The notes beneath the pieces are model-generated. The model made no database searches and was not told where the DNA came from. It saw only the letters and a list, made by a program, of their open reading frames with translations. A stretch of 49,616 nt of DNA, from NCBI GenBank assembly GCA_964616985.1, contig CAZTVF010000027.1, forward strand, positions 1 to 49,616, in the 5' to 3' direction. The translations under genes and the position numbers were made by a program. Source of the stretch: an uncultured Planctomycetaceae bacterium. GTDB lineage: Bacteria; Planctomycetota; Phycisphaerae; SM23-33. Shown piece after piece: positions 19,171-27,989 of this stretch. The stretch's first letter is position 1; every line of letters begins with the position of its first letter.

Positions 19171-19476
19171 ATGAACAGGATTGGCACGTTTGGGATGCTG
19201 ACGATTCTCGCCGTCCTTGCGGTGGCCGCGCCCGCGATGGCCGTCATCGCGGGAGTGGCCTCCGCTCCGGTCGTTCATCAGACCGAGTCGCTGCTGGAGG
19301 AATTGGTGGCGCCCCTTGGCATCGTGACGCTGGCGCTGGTGGCGGGCACCGTCTCGCTGGGGGTTTTCCGCCGCATCAAGCCCAAGGTGATGTTCCAGTG
19401 GCACAAAATCATCGCGTTCGCGGCCCTCATCGCGGCGCTGGTGCATGCGACGATGGCAATCCTCAGCGGCGACTAA
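19171..19476 (+). CDS. Small hypothetical membrane protein (101 aa, 2-3 predicted TM segments)
   Basis: ATG is preceded by GAAGGAAG. The hydrophobic segments look protein-like. Its stop overlaps the mutY stop on the opposite strand. Confidence 0.4.
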   Translation: MNRIGTFGMLTILAVLAVAAPAMAVIAGVASAPVVHQTESLLEELVAPLGIVTLALVAGTVSLGVFRRIKPKVMFQWHKIIAFAALIAALVHATMAILSGD

Positions 19477-20552
19477 GCCGTCGCGAACGATGCGGATTCG
19501 ATGATCTTTTTCGTCGCCGCCGGGAAGGCATAGGCGTCCAGTTCGCCCGGAAGCACCCATTTCACCTGCTGGCAGGCGATGGCGCGGGCCCGGCCGCGGA
19601 TGTGAACACAGCGGAAGACGTGCATCGTGATCTTGAAGTGCGAGTACGCGTGGCGGACCACGCCGATCTTTTCGCCCACCGCGACCTCCAGGCCTACCTC
19701 TTCGCGCACCTCGCGCCGCAACGCGTCCTGGAGCGTCTCGCCCGCCTCGACCTTGCCGCCGGGAAACTCCCACAGCCCGCCCAGCAGGCCCTGTGGCGCA
19801 CGCTGGTCGATCAGCAGCCGCGCCCCCTTGTGGATGACGCCGGCCACGATGGTGTAGTGCGGCACGGCCTTGGCCTTCACCCGCGTGGGCAGTTTCTCCT
19901 GGCGGCCGGCGGCGCGGGCGCGGCAATCGGCCCGCACGGGGCACTGGTCGCAGCGAGGGCTGCGCGGCAGGCAGACGGTCGCACCGAGGTCCATCATCGC
20001 CTGGTTGAATTCGCCCGCCGAGCCGCGGGGCAATAGTTCGCCCGCCAGCTTCCACAGCCGCTTGCCGACGGCGGCGCCCTTGGGGTCGCCTGCGATCGCG
20101 AACAGCCGGCACAGCACGCGCATCACGTTGCCGTCGAGCACCGGCTCGTCGCGCCCAAACGCGATGCTGGCGATGGCGCCGGCGGTGTAGCGTCCGATCC
20201 CCGGCAGCGCCCGCAGCGCCTCCGCCGTGGAGGGAATCTCGCCCCCGTGCTGCGAGACGATCTTGCCCGCCGCCCGGTGGAGGTTCCGCGCGCGGCTGTA
20301 GTAGCCCAGCCCCTCCCACGCCTTGAGCACCGCGTCGAGCGGCGCCGCGGCCAGGGCGGCCACGTCGGGGAATCGTTCGAGGAATCGCGCGAAGTAAGGC
20401 CCGGCCGTCTCGACGCGGGTCTGCTGGAGCATGATCTCGGAGATCCAAACGCGGTAGGCGTCGCGGCTGGCGCGCCATGGCAGGGCTCGCGCGGCGCGGC
20501 CGTACCAGCGGCACAGCCGGCGGGCGATGGTGTGTGCAGGCGTCCGCGGCAC
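19473..20552 (-). CDS. mutY: A/G-specific adenine DNA glycosylase MutY whose C-terminal domain carries an intact MutT-type Nudix box
   Basis: VWISEIMLQQTRV (catalytic Glu), LDGNVMRVL (Asp) and the FeS loop CLPRSPRCDQCPVRADC are present. The C-terminus GLWEFPGGKVEAGETLQDALRREVREEVGLEV is a full Nudix box. The start is inferred as GTG at 20552, 2 nt after the folE stop. Everything upstream in the ORF is in a wrong-looking Arg-rich frame that overlaps folE. Confidence 0.8.
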   Translation of the reverse strand: MPRTPAHTIARRLCRWYGRAARALPWRASRDAYRVWISEIMLQQTRVETAGPYFARFLERFPDVAALAAAPLDAVLKAWEGLGYYSRARNLHRAAGKIVSQHGGEIPSTAEALRALPGIGRYTAGAIASIAFGRDEPVLDGNVMRVLCRLFAIAGDPKGAAVGKRLWKLAGELLPRGSAGEFNQAMMDLGATVCLPRSPRCDQCPVRADCRARAAGRQEKLPTRVKAKAVPHYTIVAGVIHKGARLLIDQRAPQGLLGGLWEFPGGKVEAGETLQDALRREVREEVGLEVAVGEKIGVVRHAYSHFKITMHVFRCVHIRGRARAIACQQVKWVLPGELDAYAFPAATKKIIESASFATA

Positions 20553-20554
20553 GG

Positions 20555-21148
20555 TCAGATGTGCTGCCGGCCGCCGCCGGTCAGCAGGTTGACCGCCTCG
20601 GTCCGCGTCGCCAGGTTGCTCTTGAAGGTGCCCCGCATGGCCGAGGTCACCATGACCGAGCCGGGCTTGCGGACGCCGCGGATGGTCATGCACGTGTGGG
20701 TGGCCTCGATGATGACGGCGGCGCCCTTGGCGTCCAGTTCGGTCATCATCAGGTCGGCGATCTGGCACGTCAGCCGTTCCTGCAACTGCGGGCGGCGGGC
20801 GAAGGTCTCGACGACCCGCGCGATCTTCGACAGTCCGCACACCTTGCCGCGCGGCAGGTACGCCACGTGCGCCTTGCCCATGAAAGGCAGCAGGTGGTGC
20901 TCGCACATCGAGTAGAACGGGATGTCGCGCAGGACGACCATCTCGTCGTACTGCTCCTGGAAGCCCACATCCAGGTGCCCCGCGGGATCCTCGCCCAGGC
21001 CCCAGAACAGCTCGGCATACATGCGGGCCACGCGCTGGGGCGTCTTCTTGAGCCCCTCTCGCTCTACGTCTTCGCCCACGGCCTGGAGGATCTGCCGCAC
21101 GGCGGCCTCGATGGCGGGCAGGTCGATGTCTTTTTTGAGTTCGGTCAT
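20555..21148 (-). CDS. folE: GTP cyclohydrolase I
   Basis: ...[18 protein letters not shown]...[14 protein letters not shown]... are FolE signatures. ATG at 21148 ([11 protein letters not shown]) is used. Confidence 0.85.
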   Translation of the reverse strand: MTELKKDIDLPAIEAAVRQILQAVGEDVEREGLKKTPQRVARMYAELFWGLGEDPAGHLDVGFQEQYDEMVVLRDIPFYSMCEHHLLPFMGKAHVAYLPRGKVCGLSKIARVVETFARRPQLQERLTCQIADLMMTELDAKGAAVIIEATHTCMTIRGVRKPGSVMVTSAMRGTFKSNLATRTEAVNLLTGGGRQHI

Positions 21149-21207
21149 TTCATGCCTCGATGGTTGTACGAATGCTACCACACTCCCGCCGACGTGCAAG
21201 CGGCGTG

Positions 21208-22296
21208 TTAGATCCGCACGAGATAGCTCAGCTCGGCGTGGCAGTTCCAGTAGCACTGGCGGCAGGGCAGTGATCGCAGCCGCTCCTGGCGAAACACCTC
21301 GTCGTTCCACATCGATCCCAGCGGCGTCTCGCCGTCCCACCGGGCGAAGCTGCGACCCATCTCCAGGTGCGGCCAGCAGCGGTACAGCCGCAGGTCGGCC
21401 CCGAGGAACAGCGTCGTGTAGGCCGCGTTGCACGGCACCGGCAGCTGCCCGCCGGACATCGCGGCGTCCAGCCCGCTGATGTACGCATCGCTGTTCTCGA
21501 TCGGCAGCGAGTAGACGGCCGACAGCTCGCGCAGCCGCCCCGCCAGGCCCACCGCGGCCGGCCCGAGGTTGGCGATGCCGCACTGGCCGTCACCGGCGTT
21601 GTGCAGCGGCATGAAGCCGATGCGGTCGGCCCCGCTGGCGGCGACGCGTTGGAACAGCACCTCCAGGTCGTTGACGTTCGCTTCGCTCAGGACCGTCACG
21701 ACGGTGAGGGTGTACCCGGCCCTCGCGGACCGCCGCCTGGCCTCCAGGGCCGACACGCGGTCCAGCGTCCGACGCAGCACGTCGCGCCCGCCGCGGAGGT
21801 GGTCGTTCACGTCGTCGCGCCCGCTGTCGATCGAGATGTTGATGTTCGTGGGGTCGGCCGCAACAAGTTCGTCCAGCCGGTCGTCGGTCAGCGGCAGCGC
21901 GTTGGTGTTCAGCGTCACGGGCAGGCCGTGGCGCCTCGCGTGGCCGATGAGTTCAAAGATGTCCTTCCGCAGGGTGCATTCGCCGCCGGTGAAGCCCACC
22001 CCCGCGGCCCCCATTTTGTGAAGGTCGTCGATCGCCCGCTTCCAGACGGCCGTGCCGATCTCCACGGGGTTGCGACGGAACCGGTGCGGCAGGTCGCACA
22101 TGGGGCAGCGGCCGTTGCAGTTCTCGGTCACCAGCAGCACGGCCATCAGCGGCGCGGGGGCCAGGCCCGCCCGCGTGCGGCGGCGCGACTTGAGACATGC
22201 CAGGGCCCACGCCCGCCGGGCCAGCCATCGCCACTGCAGGCCAAGCAGCTTGCTCCAGATCACCTCGCGGAAGATTTTGCGCCTCAGCACGCCCAT
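21208..22296 (-). CDS. Radical SAM/SPASM(twitch)-domain protein, MoaA/PqqE/NifB superfamily, 362 aa; substrate unknown
   Basis: CNGRCPMC is a CX3CX2C motif. [11 protein letters not shown]...NTNALPL...INISIDS forms the core. The C-terminus is Cys-rich (CNAAY...YRCWPHL...[11 protein letters not shown]). ATG at 22296 is used. Confidence 0.75.
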   Translation of the reverse strand: MGVLRRKIFREVIWSKLLGLQWRWLARRAWALACLKSRRRTRAGLAPAPLMAVLLVTENCNGRCPMCDLPHRFRRNPVEIGTAVWKRAIDDLHKMGAAGVGFTGGECTLRKDIFELIGHARRHGLPVTLNTNALPLTDDRLDELVAADPTNINISIDSGRDDVNDHLRGGRDVLRRTLDRVSALEARRRSARAGYTLTVVTVLSEANVNDLEVLFQRVAASGADRIGFMPLHNAGDGQCGIANLGPAAVGLAGRLRELSAVYSLPIENSDAYISGLDAAMSGGQLPVPCNAAYTTLFLGADLRLYRCWPHLEMGRSFARWDGETPLGSMWNDEVFRQERLRSLPCRQCYWNCHAELSYLVRI

Positions 22297-22326
22297 GTGC
22301 CCTCGTGCTCCGTCACACCTATGGAT

Positions 22327-22394
22327 GGGTGGCGGCCTTCCCAGGCCGCCACCAGGAACGCTGTGATGGCGGCGACCCGGGAAGGCCGCCACCC
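22327..22394. repeat. REP-like palindromic element (second full copy), located in the divergent intergenic region between the radical SAM and GT9 genes
   Basis: GGGTGGCGGCCTTCCCAGGCCGCCACC ... GGCGGCGACCCGGGAAGGCCGCCACCC. Confidence 0.55.
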
Positions 22395-22667
22395 CTGGCA
22401 TCGCGACTACACGACCCTAGTGTAAGATCCCCCCGTGCCTCAAACAAGGCGATGCCTTTTGCCGATAATTCGACTACGGGAATTCGCCGTCTGCAAGTAT
22501 GATCGTGGTGTCATCCATCGCCCGTTGTGTTTGGATTTCGCCGCGGCCCGCGGCCTTGCTCGCGGCGGCCTTTCCGTAACTCACCTCCTGGGACAACAGC
22601 GTTGAGTGAAGCGAAGACACCATCATCGCGGCCGTCGCCGGACCGCCGCGTCGGCCGCTTGGCGGCC

Positions 22668-23864
22668 ATGAAGGCAACGGACCACTGGCTGGGCCTGCCC
22701 CTGTGCTTCCTGCTGGGCGTGCTGGCGGCCGCCGCACGGTGCATCCTGCCCTCCCGCCGCCGGCCGGTGAGCGGCCGCCGCCCCATCGCCGTGCTGAAGT
22801 TCTTCGGCCTCGGCAGCATCGTCGAGGCGACGCCGCTGCTGCGGGCCCTCCGCAAGCGGTACCCCGACGCGCCGCTGGTGTTCGTCAGCTTCGGCCCCAG
22901 CCGCGAGCTTCTCCAGTTGACCGGCCTGTGCACGCACGTCCGCCTCATCCGCACCGACTCGCCGCTGCGTTTCGCCGCCGACGCGATCGCCACCCTCTGG
23001 TGGCTGCGTCGCTGCCGCGTCGAGGCGGTCATCGATCTGGAACTCTTCAGCAAGTTCTCCACGCTGGTATCCTTCGCCTCCGGGGCCTCGACCCGCGTCG
23101 GGTACCACCTCAACAACTTCTGGCGGTACAGCCTCGTGACTCACCCGGTGTACTACAACTACTTCGGCCGCCTTCCCGACGTCTTCGCCGAGGCGGGCGC
23201 CGCGCTGGGCGCCCCCGTCGCCGACCGCGGCCTGCAGGCGCTGCAACTGCCCCCCGCCGCCCGAGACGCCGTTGCCGCCTGGCTGCAGGCGCAAGGCTGG
23301 CGCCCGGGCACCAGGCTTGTGGGCGTGAACGTCAACGCGGCCGAGTTGTCCTTTGAGCGACGATGGCCGCTGGACCGGTTCGCCGCCGTCGTCGAGGCCA
23401 TCCTCGGCCAGGACCCGCAACTACGTGTCGTGCTCACCGGCAGCCCCGACGAGCGTGAGTACGTCCAATCGCTGCTGCCGCTCTTGAGCGAGACCGCCCG
23501 CACGCGCGTTGCCGTCGCCGCGGGCCAGTGGTCGCTGGCCGAGTTCCTCGCCGGCCTTGAGATGATGGACGCGTTCGTCACCAACGACTCGGGCCCGCTG
23601 CACCTGGCCGCCGCGCAAGGCGTGCCCATCGTCTCCATCTGGGGCCCCACACGCCCGGAATTCTTCGCCCCGGCCGCCGCCGACCAATGCATCGTCTCGG
23701 CCCACCACCCGTGCAGCCCGTGCGTGGGCATGTTCACCACGTTCGAGGGCATGTCCTGCCGCGGCCAAGCCCACTGCATGCAGGCCATCGAGACGGCGGC
23801 CGTGCTCACCCCCCTGCGTTCGCTGCTGCATCGCCCCTGCCGCACCACCGGGGGCGCGTCATGA
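22668..23864 (+). CDS. Glycosyltransferase family 9 (ADP-heptose:LPS heptosyltransferase-like)
   Basis: AVLKFFGLGSIVEATPLL...NDSGPLHLAAAQGVPIVSIWGPT is the GT9 C-terminal signature. ATG at 22668 is used. Its stop overlaps the next start (ATGA). Confidence 0.75.
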   Translation: MKATDHWLGLPLCFLLGVLAAAARCILPSRRRPVSGRRPIAVLKFFGLGSIVEATPLLRALRKRYPDAPLVFVSFGPSRELLQLTGLCTHVRLIRTDSPLRFAADAIATLWWLRRCRVEAVIDLELFSKFSTLVSFASGASTRVGYHLNNFWRYSLVTHPVYYNYFGRLPDVFAEAGAALGAPVADRGLQALQLPPAARDAVAAWLQAQGWRPGTRLVGVNVNAAELSFERRWPLDRFAAVVEAILGQDPQLRVVLTGSPDEREYVQSLLPLLSETARTRVAVAAGQWSLAEFLAGLEMMDAFVTNDSGPLHLAAAQGVPIVSIWGPTRPEFFAPAAADQCIVSAHHPCSPCVGMFTTFEGMSCRGQAHCMQAIETAAVLTPLRSLLHRPCRTTGGAS

Positions 23865-25687
23865 GCAACGCCCAAGTCCGCAGGAAGTCGCCGCCCCCGC
23901 CCGCCGAGCTGCCTGCCCCCGATGGCGGCAGCGACGCCTTGCCCGCCTCCGGCCGGCGGCTGACCCGCGGCTGTCACATCGGGGCATGGGTGGCCTCGGT
24001 CGTCATCTTCTGCATCATGTGCAGCCTGAGCGACAAGGACGTCATCTGGCCCAACGACCACTTCAGCGACATGAACGTGCTGATGTCGGGCGAGAACTTC
24101 GCCAAGCATGGTTTCGCCAAGCTGCATTTCCTGCCGGTGCACTACGTCGGCGACATCGGCGATCACCCGCAGTATTACCTGCACTATCCCCCGCTGCCCA
24201 ACATCATCAACGGCCTGATGCAGTCGGCCGGGATTCATTCGCTCAGCGTCATGCGATGCTCCATGGCGTTCGTCTTCGTCGCGGGCCTCTTCTGCATTTA
24301 CTGGGCCCTGTGGCCGCGGGTGGGGCCGCTGACGGCGCTCTGCGCGATGATCTTCGCCGGGACGTGCTCGTACAGCATGAACCACGGCCTGAGCCTGCAC
24401 ACGCACGCGTACGACAACCTGTTCCTGGGGCTGTGGCTGCTGGTGTTCTTCCGCGCGATGGCCGGCGACCGCCCCCGCCTGATGTGGTCGGCGTGCTGGG
24501 CGATCCTGTTCACGCAGTCGCTGTTCACCTTCGAGTTCATCCCCTACGCGCAGATATTCATGTGGGTCTATGCCATCGCGACCCGGCGCCTTCGCACCCA
24601 TTGGCGGATGCTGCTCCTGCTCGCCTCGGCCCCGGTGGTCGGCGTGGGCCTGCACGTGCTGCAGAACATTCTCGCCGTCGGCTGGCAGGCGGTGGCGCAG
24701 GATTCGCTGGGCTCCGGCCAGTATACCGAGAAAAGCCGCTGGCTCCTGTACCTCCAACTGCCCGCGGACCTGGCCGACAAGACCGGGTTCATGTACTCCT
24801 TCCGCTGGCCGGTGCTGCTGGCGATGGGGCTGCTGTGGCTGGGCCTGTCGCGCCTGCGAAGTGCATGGGGCCTGCAACTGCGGCCGGCGGCGGCCATCTA
24901 TGTCGCCAGCCTCGCCGCGGCGATGGCGTGGTACCTCCTGCTGCCGGGGCACACGATCGCGCACACGCACACGGTGAACCAACTGCTGCTGCCGGCCAGC
25001 CTGGCCGTGGGCGGGTGCCTGGCGCTGCTGGTCCGATGGGCTGCCCAACCTGTTGTCGGAAAGATCGCCATTCGTCTCGCCGCCGCCTCGGCCATACTGG
25101 CCATCGGCCTCATGCAGGTGGCGTACTTCCGCGAGAACGTCAAGCTGTTCACGCTGCCGCACTTCATCGTTCTGGACGCCCTGGGGCGCTCGGCCGACCT
25201 GGCCCCCGACTCCGTGATCCTGTGCAACACGGGCGCCGAAGCGCAGGCGAGGTACTTCCTCCGCCGGCCGATGTGGCCGTTCCCCTCGCGCGAGCTGCGA
25301 TTCCCGGACGACCTCCCGCTCCTGCCCCAGCACATCTCGAGCCAATTCCGTAAGAAGTACTTCCTGCTCATGGGCCCAAGCGATCGATCGCTGCTGATGT
25401 ACCTGGCCACGAACTGCCGAGGGTACGCGACGAACGTGCCGACGCTTGAAAATCAGCACATCTTCCTCATCCTTTTTGAAATCGACGACCTGTACCTGCC
25501 GCCCGAGAAGCGCCGGGGCCTGGACCCCGCCACGCGCGAGGCGCAGCTTTCGGGGATGTTCGCCCCGTGGCAGATTCCGAATTTTGAGCAAGAGATGCGG
25601 CGGGCGTGTCAGCGGCAGTCGGGCAAGCTGCCCGAAGAGCCCAGCCGCTCAGCCGCCCACGCGGCCAGCCCGCTCAAACCGGGATGA
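23861..25687 (+). CDS. Polytopic inner-membrane protein (about 12 or more TM segments), possible GT-C-type glycosyltransferase or polysaccharide/O-antigen-related; function unknown
   Basis: There is ATGA translational coupling to the GT9 gene. Hydrophobic helices run throughout. The longer ORF from 23687 is rejected because it is out of frame with GT9 and has no RBS. Confidence 0.55.
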   Translation: MSNAQVRRKSPPPPAELPAPDGGSDALPASGRRLTRGCHIGAWVASVVIFCIMCSLSDKDVIWPNDHFSDMNVLMSGENFAKHGFAKLHFLPVHYVGDIGDHPQYYLHYPPLPNIINGLMQSAGIHSLSVMRCSMAFVFVAGLFCIYWALWPRVGPLTALCAMIFAGTCSYSMNHGLSLHTHAYDNLFLGLWLLVFFRAMAGDRPRLMWSACWAILFTQSLFTFEFIPYAQIFMWVYAIATRRLRTHWRMLLLLASAPVVGVGLHVLQNILAVGWQAVAQDSLGSGQYTEKSRWLLYLQLPADLADKTGFMYSFRWPVLLAMGLLWLGLSRLRSAWGLQLRPAAAIYVASLAAAMAWYLLLPGHTIAHTHTVNQLLLPASLAVGGCLALLVRWAAQPVVGKIAIRLAAASAILAIGLMQVAYFRENVKLFTLPHFIVLDALGRSADLAPDSVILCNTGAEAQARYFLRRPMWPFPSRELRFPDDLPLLPQHISSQFRKKYFLLMGPSDRSLLMYLATNCRGYATNVPTLENQHIFLILFEIDDLYLPPEKRRGLDPATREAQLSGMFAPWQIPNFEQEMRRACQRQSGKLPEEPSRSAAHAASPLKPG

Positions 25688-26652
25688 GACTCCGCCAGCC
25701 GCTGCACCGCCGGCAGGAGGCGCGGGTCGCCCGAGTTGCCTGCGGCGATCAGCGCGTTGCGTAGGACCATCTCCCACCGGGCGCGGCGCACGGTTGAGCC
25801 CCGCGTCGCCACGTCCCAATCCTCCCAGCGCCATTGCAGCACCTGCCCCAGCGTCAAATCCGCCGCCGGCAGATGCTCGGTCAGCTCCGCGTCGCCGGCG
25901 GGCACGTCGCCATTGTGCGGGCAGGCCTGCTGGCAACGGTCGCAGCCGAACACGCTGACGCCCATCTGCGGCCACAGTTCCGCCGCGACGGCCCCGCGGT
26001 GCTCGATGGTGAGATAGCTGATGCAGCGGCGAGCGTCCACCAGAGCCGCCGCGGAGTCGTCACCGACGCCCAGGGCCGCGGTCGGACAGGCGCGAACGCA
26101 CGCGCCGCAGCCGTCGCACCCGCTGGGAAGCGGCGAATCGTACTCCAATTCCTGGTTGCACAGGATCTCGCACAGCATCACGTGGCTGCCGAGGCCGGGG
26201 CAGACGAGGCACCCGTTTCGGCCGATCCAACCCAGCCCCCCCAGCACGGCCAGGCTGCGTTCCATCACCGGCGCGGTGTCGACGAACGCCCTGCCTTCGA
26301 AGCCGGGCAGCGCATCGCGCAGGCGGTCCATGAGGGCGTGGGCACGTTTCTTGAGCACGACGTGGTAATCGCGTCCGCGTGCGAAGCGGGCAACGAGGCC
26401 ATCGCCGTCGGCGGCGCAGGAGACGGCCAGGCAGATGGCGCTGCGGGCGCCCTCGTGCAGGAGGGACGGGTGAAGGCGTTTGGGCAGGTTCTCGGCCATG
26501 TAGGACATGTCGCCCTGCATGCCGCGGGCCAGCCAGTTGCAGAGCCCCTGCGCGTTAGGCAGCGGCGTGCAGGGCGCGATGCCGACGCGTGCAAAGCCGC
26601 ACTCGCCCGCCATCGCCTTGATCGTCGCCGTCCGTTGTGACGCGTCACTCAT
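25609..26652 (-). CDS. queG: Epoxyqueuosine reductase (tRNA queuosine biosynthesis), 4Fe-4S protein
   Basis: Ferredoxin-type motifs CDGCGACVRACP and CDRCQQACP are present. ...LEFDSPLP...CISYLTIEHRG... is characteristic of QueG. ATG at 26652 is used. Confidence 0.8.
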   Translation of the reverse strand: MSDASQRTATIKAMAGECGFARVGIAPCTPLPNAQGLCNWLARGMQGDMSYMAENLPKRLHPSLLHEGARSAICLAVSCAADGDGLVARFARGRDYHVVLKKRAHALMDRLRDALPGFEGRAFVDTAPVMERSLAVLGGLGWIGRNGCLVCPGLGSHVMLCEILCNQELEYDSPLPSGCDGCGACVRACPTAALGVGDDSAAALVDARRCISYLTIEHRGAVAAELWPQMGVSVFGCDRCQQACPHNGDVPAGDAELTEHLPAADLTLGQVLQWRWEDWDVATRGSTVRRARWEMVLRNALIAAGNSGDPRLLPAVQRLAESHPGLSGLAAWAAERLGSSGSLPDCR

Positions 26653-26694
26653 GGCGATAGTGTACCGTCGGGGGCGAGATCGCCAAAGCGCTAT

Positions 26695-26724
26695 GCAGTG
26701 CGGCGGCAACGACGCCGCACTCCA
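26695..26724. terminator. GC-rich hairpin (9-bp stem AGTGCGGCG/CGCCGCACT, 7-nt loop) between the NPCBM gene stop and the queG start
   Basis: A perfect stem is seen in the sequence. There is no strong U-tract. A split copy of the same element lies at 47805-47916. Confidence 0.4.
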
Positions 26725-26743
26725 AAGGCGCAGTCCAAGGACG

Positions 26744-27925
26744 CTACTTGATCAGTCGCGCCGAGGCAATGTCGACCTGGTCGCCGACGGGGAGATTGTC
26801 GGGGCCGAAGTCGATGCGGATGGTGAGCTTCTTCACGCCAGTCAAGTCCAGGCGGACATCGAGCGGCGCATCCTTGCCGGTGATGAGGAACGGCTTGGCC
26901 AGTTCCTTCTCATCGCCCAGGAAGGTGACGGCGGCGTTGCCCAGCGGCCGCGCGGCGTCGTCGATGCCGAGGACCGCCACGAACATCTTGAACTTGCCGT
27001 CCACGGCATAGTCGAGCTTGGTGAAGCTGCTGGCGCCCACGCCGCTGGCGTAGACCTTGCCCGCGAGCTTCAGCGGCCCGCCCGCCGCGGCCTTGTTGAT
27101 GCCCACAGGCGTCTTGACGTCGAAGAAGGCGGCCTCTTCCACCTCGGGCTTCAGGGTCGACAACTCCGTGACGCGGGCGGAGATGAATCGCACCGCCGCC
27201 ACCGACTTCCGCGGAATCTGCACCTCGCCGAGGGCGACCGTCTTGGCCGTGAAGATCTCGGCCGCCATCGTGAGGGAATCGAAGACGACCTCGCTGCCGT
27301 CGGTGAGCGTGAGCTTGCCCTTGGCGCCGGCGGGCGTGGCCCCGGCCGTGGCGATGCGGATCGCCCGGATGTTCTTGCGATCGATGAGGCGATCTTCGCC
27401 CTCGTAGCGGAGCGTCACCTTCTGGTCGCCCACCGACACGAGCACGCCCTCGACGCCCGTCCACTCCTTGCCCTGGTCGACGATCACAGTGTCGGCCGAC
27501 TCGGCGCCGGCGGCAACGTCCCTGGCCTGCTGCATGACGGCCTGGGGCAGTTGGCCCGCGGGCGAGAAATAGATGGCGCTGAGCGTCGTGACGTCGCAGG
27601 TGACCTTCCCGAGCCGCGAGTCGAAGCTGGCCTTGCCGTCGGCCACCTTGAGCCCCGACGCCCCCAGCGTGTCGCCAGCGCGGGTGGTGATCACAGTCGC
27701 CCCCGCCTGGGCCAGCAGCGAATCGGCCGTGAGCAGTTCGAGCGAACTCACGTCGGCCAGCGGGATCGCCTGCGACCCCTGGGCGAGCTTGACCTGCACC
27801 TGCTGGGCGGAGATCGACTCGATGGCGCCTTCGAGGACGTTGGCCTCAACGGTCTCGGCGCGCTCCGCCGCACCGGCGACGGCGGCGGCCATGGCGACAC
27901 ATAGGACGGCTGCGAGATATCTCAT
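26744..27925 (-). CDS. Secreted protein with C-terminal NPCBM-like (putative carbohydrate-binding, GH98-associated) domain, 393 aa
   Basis: A signal peptide MRYLAAVLCVAMAAAVAGAA is present. The C-terminus ...DYAVDGKFKMFVAVLGIDDAARPLGNAAVTFLGDEKE...KKLTIRIDFGPDNLPVGDQVDIASARLI resembles NPCBM/NEW2. Confidence 0.55.
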   Translation of the reverse strand: MRYLAAVLCVAMAAAVAGAAERAETVEANVLEGAIESISAQQVQVKLAQGSQAIPLADVSSLELLTADSLLAQAGATVITTRAGDTLGASGLKVADGKASFDSRLGKVTCDVTTLSAIYFSPAGQLPQAVMQQARDVAAGAESADTVIVDQGKEWTGVEGVLVSVGDQKVTLRYEGEDRLIDRKNIRAIRIATAGATPAGAKGKLTLTDGSEVVFDSLTMAAEIFTAKTVALGEVQIPRKSVAAVRFISARVTELSTLKPEVEEAAFFDVKTPVGINKAAAGGPLKLAGKVYASGVGASSFTKLDYAVDGKFKMFVAVLGIDDAARPLGNAAVTFLGDEKELAKPFLITGKDAPLDVRLDLTGVKKLTIRIDFGPDNLPVGDQVDIASARLIK

Positions 27926-27989
27926 GCAAAGGCCTCTGGGCCCGCGGGCCCGGATGGTTCGTGTGGCGCCGGCCTGGCCGGCGCGTCAG

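Noticed and set aside
19014-20036. 340-aa + ORF overlapping mutY
   Set aside because: It is antisense to the conserved MutY catalytic and FeS motifs.
20553-20906. Upstream 118 codons of the mutY ORF (start called at 20906)
   Set aside because: That segment is Arg/Pro/His-rich and overlaps the folE coding region out of frame. Conserved MutY sequence only begins after the GTG at 20552.
23687-23860. N-terminal extension of the membrane-protein ORF to 23687
   Set aside because: It would overlap the GT9 gene in another frame for 174 nt. An ATGA-coupled start at 23861 with a hydrophobic N-terminus is more plausible.
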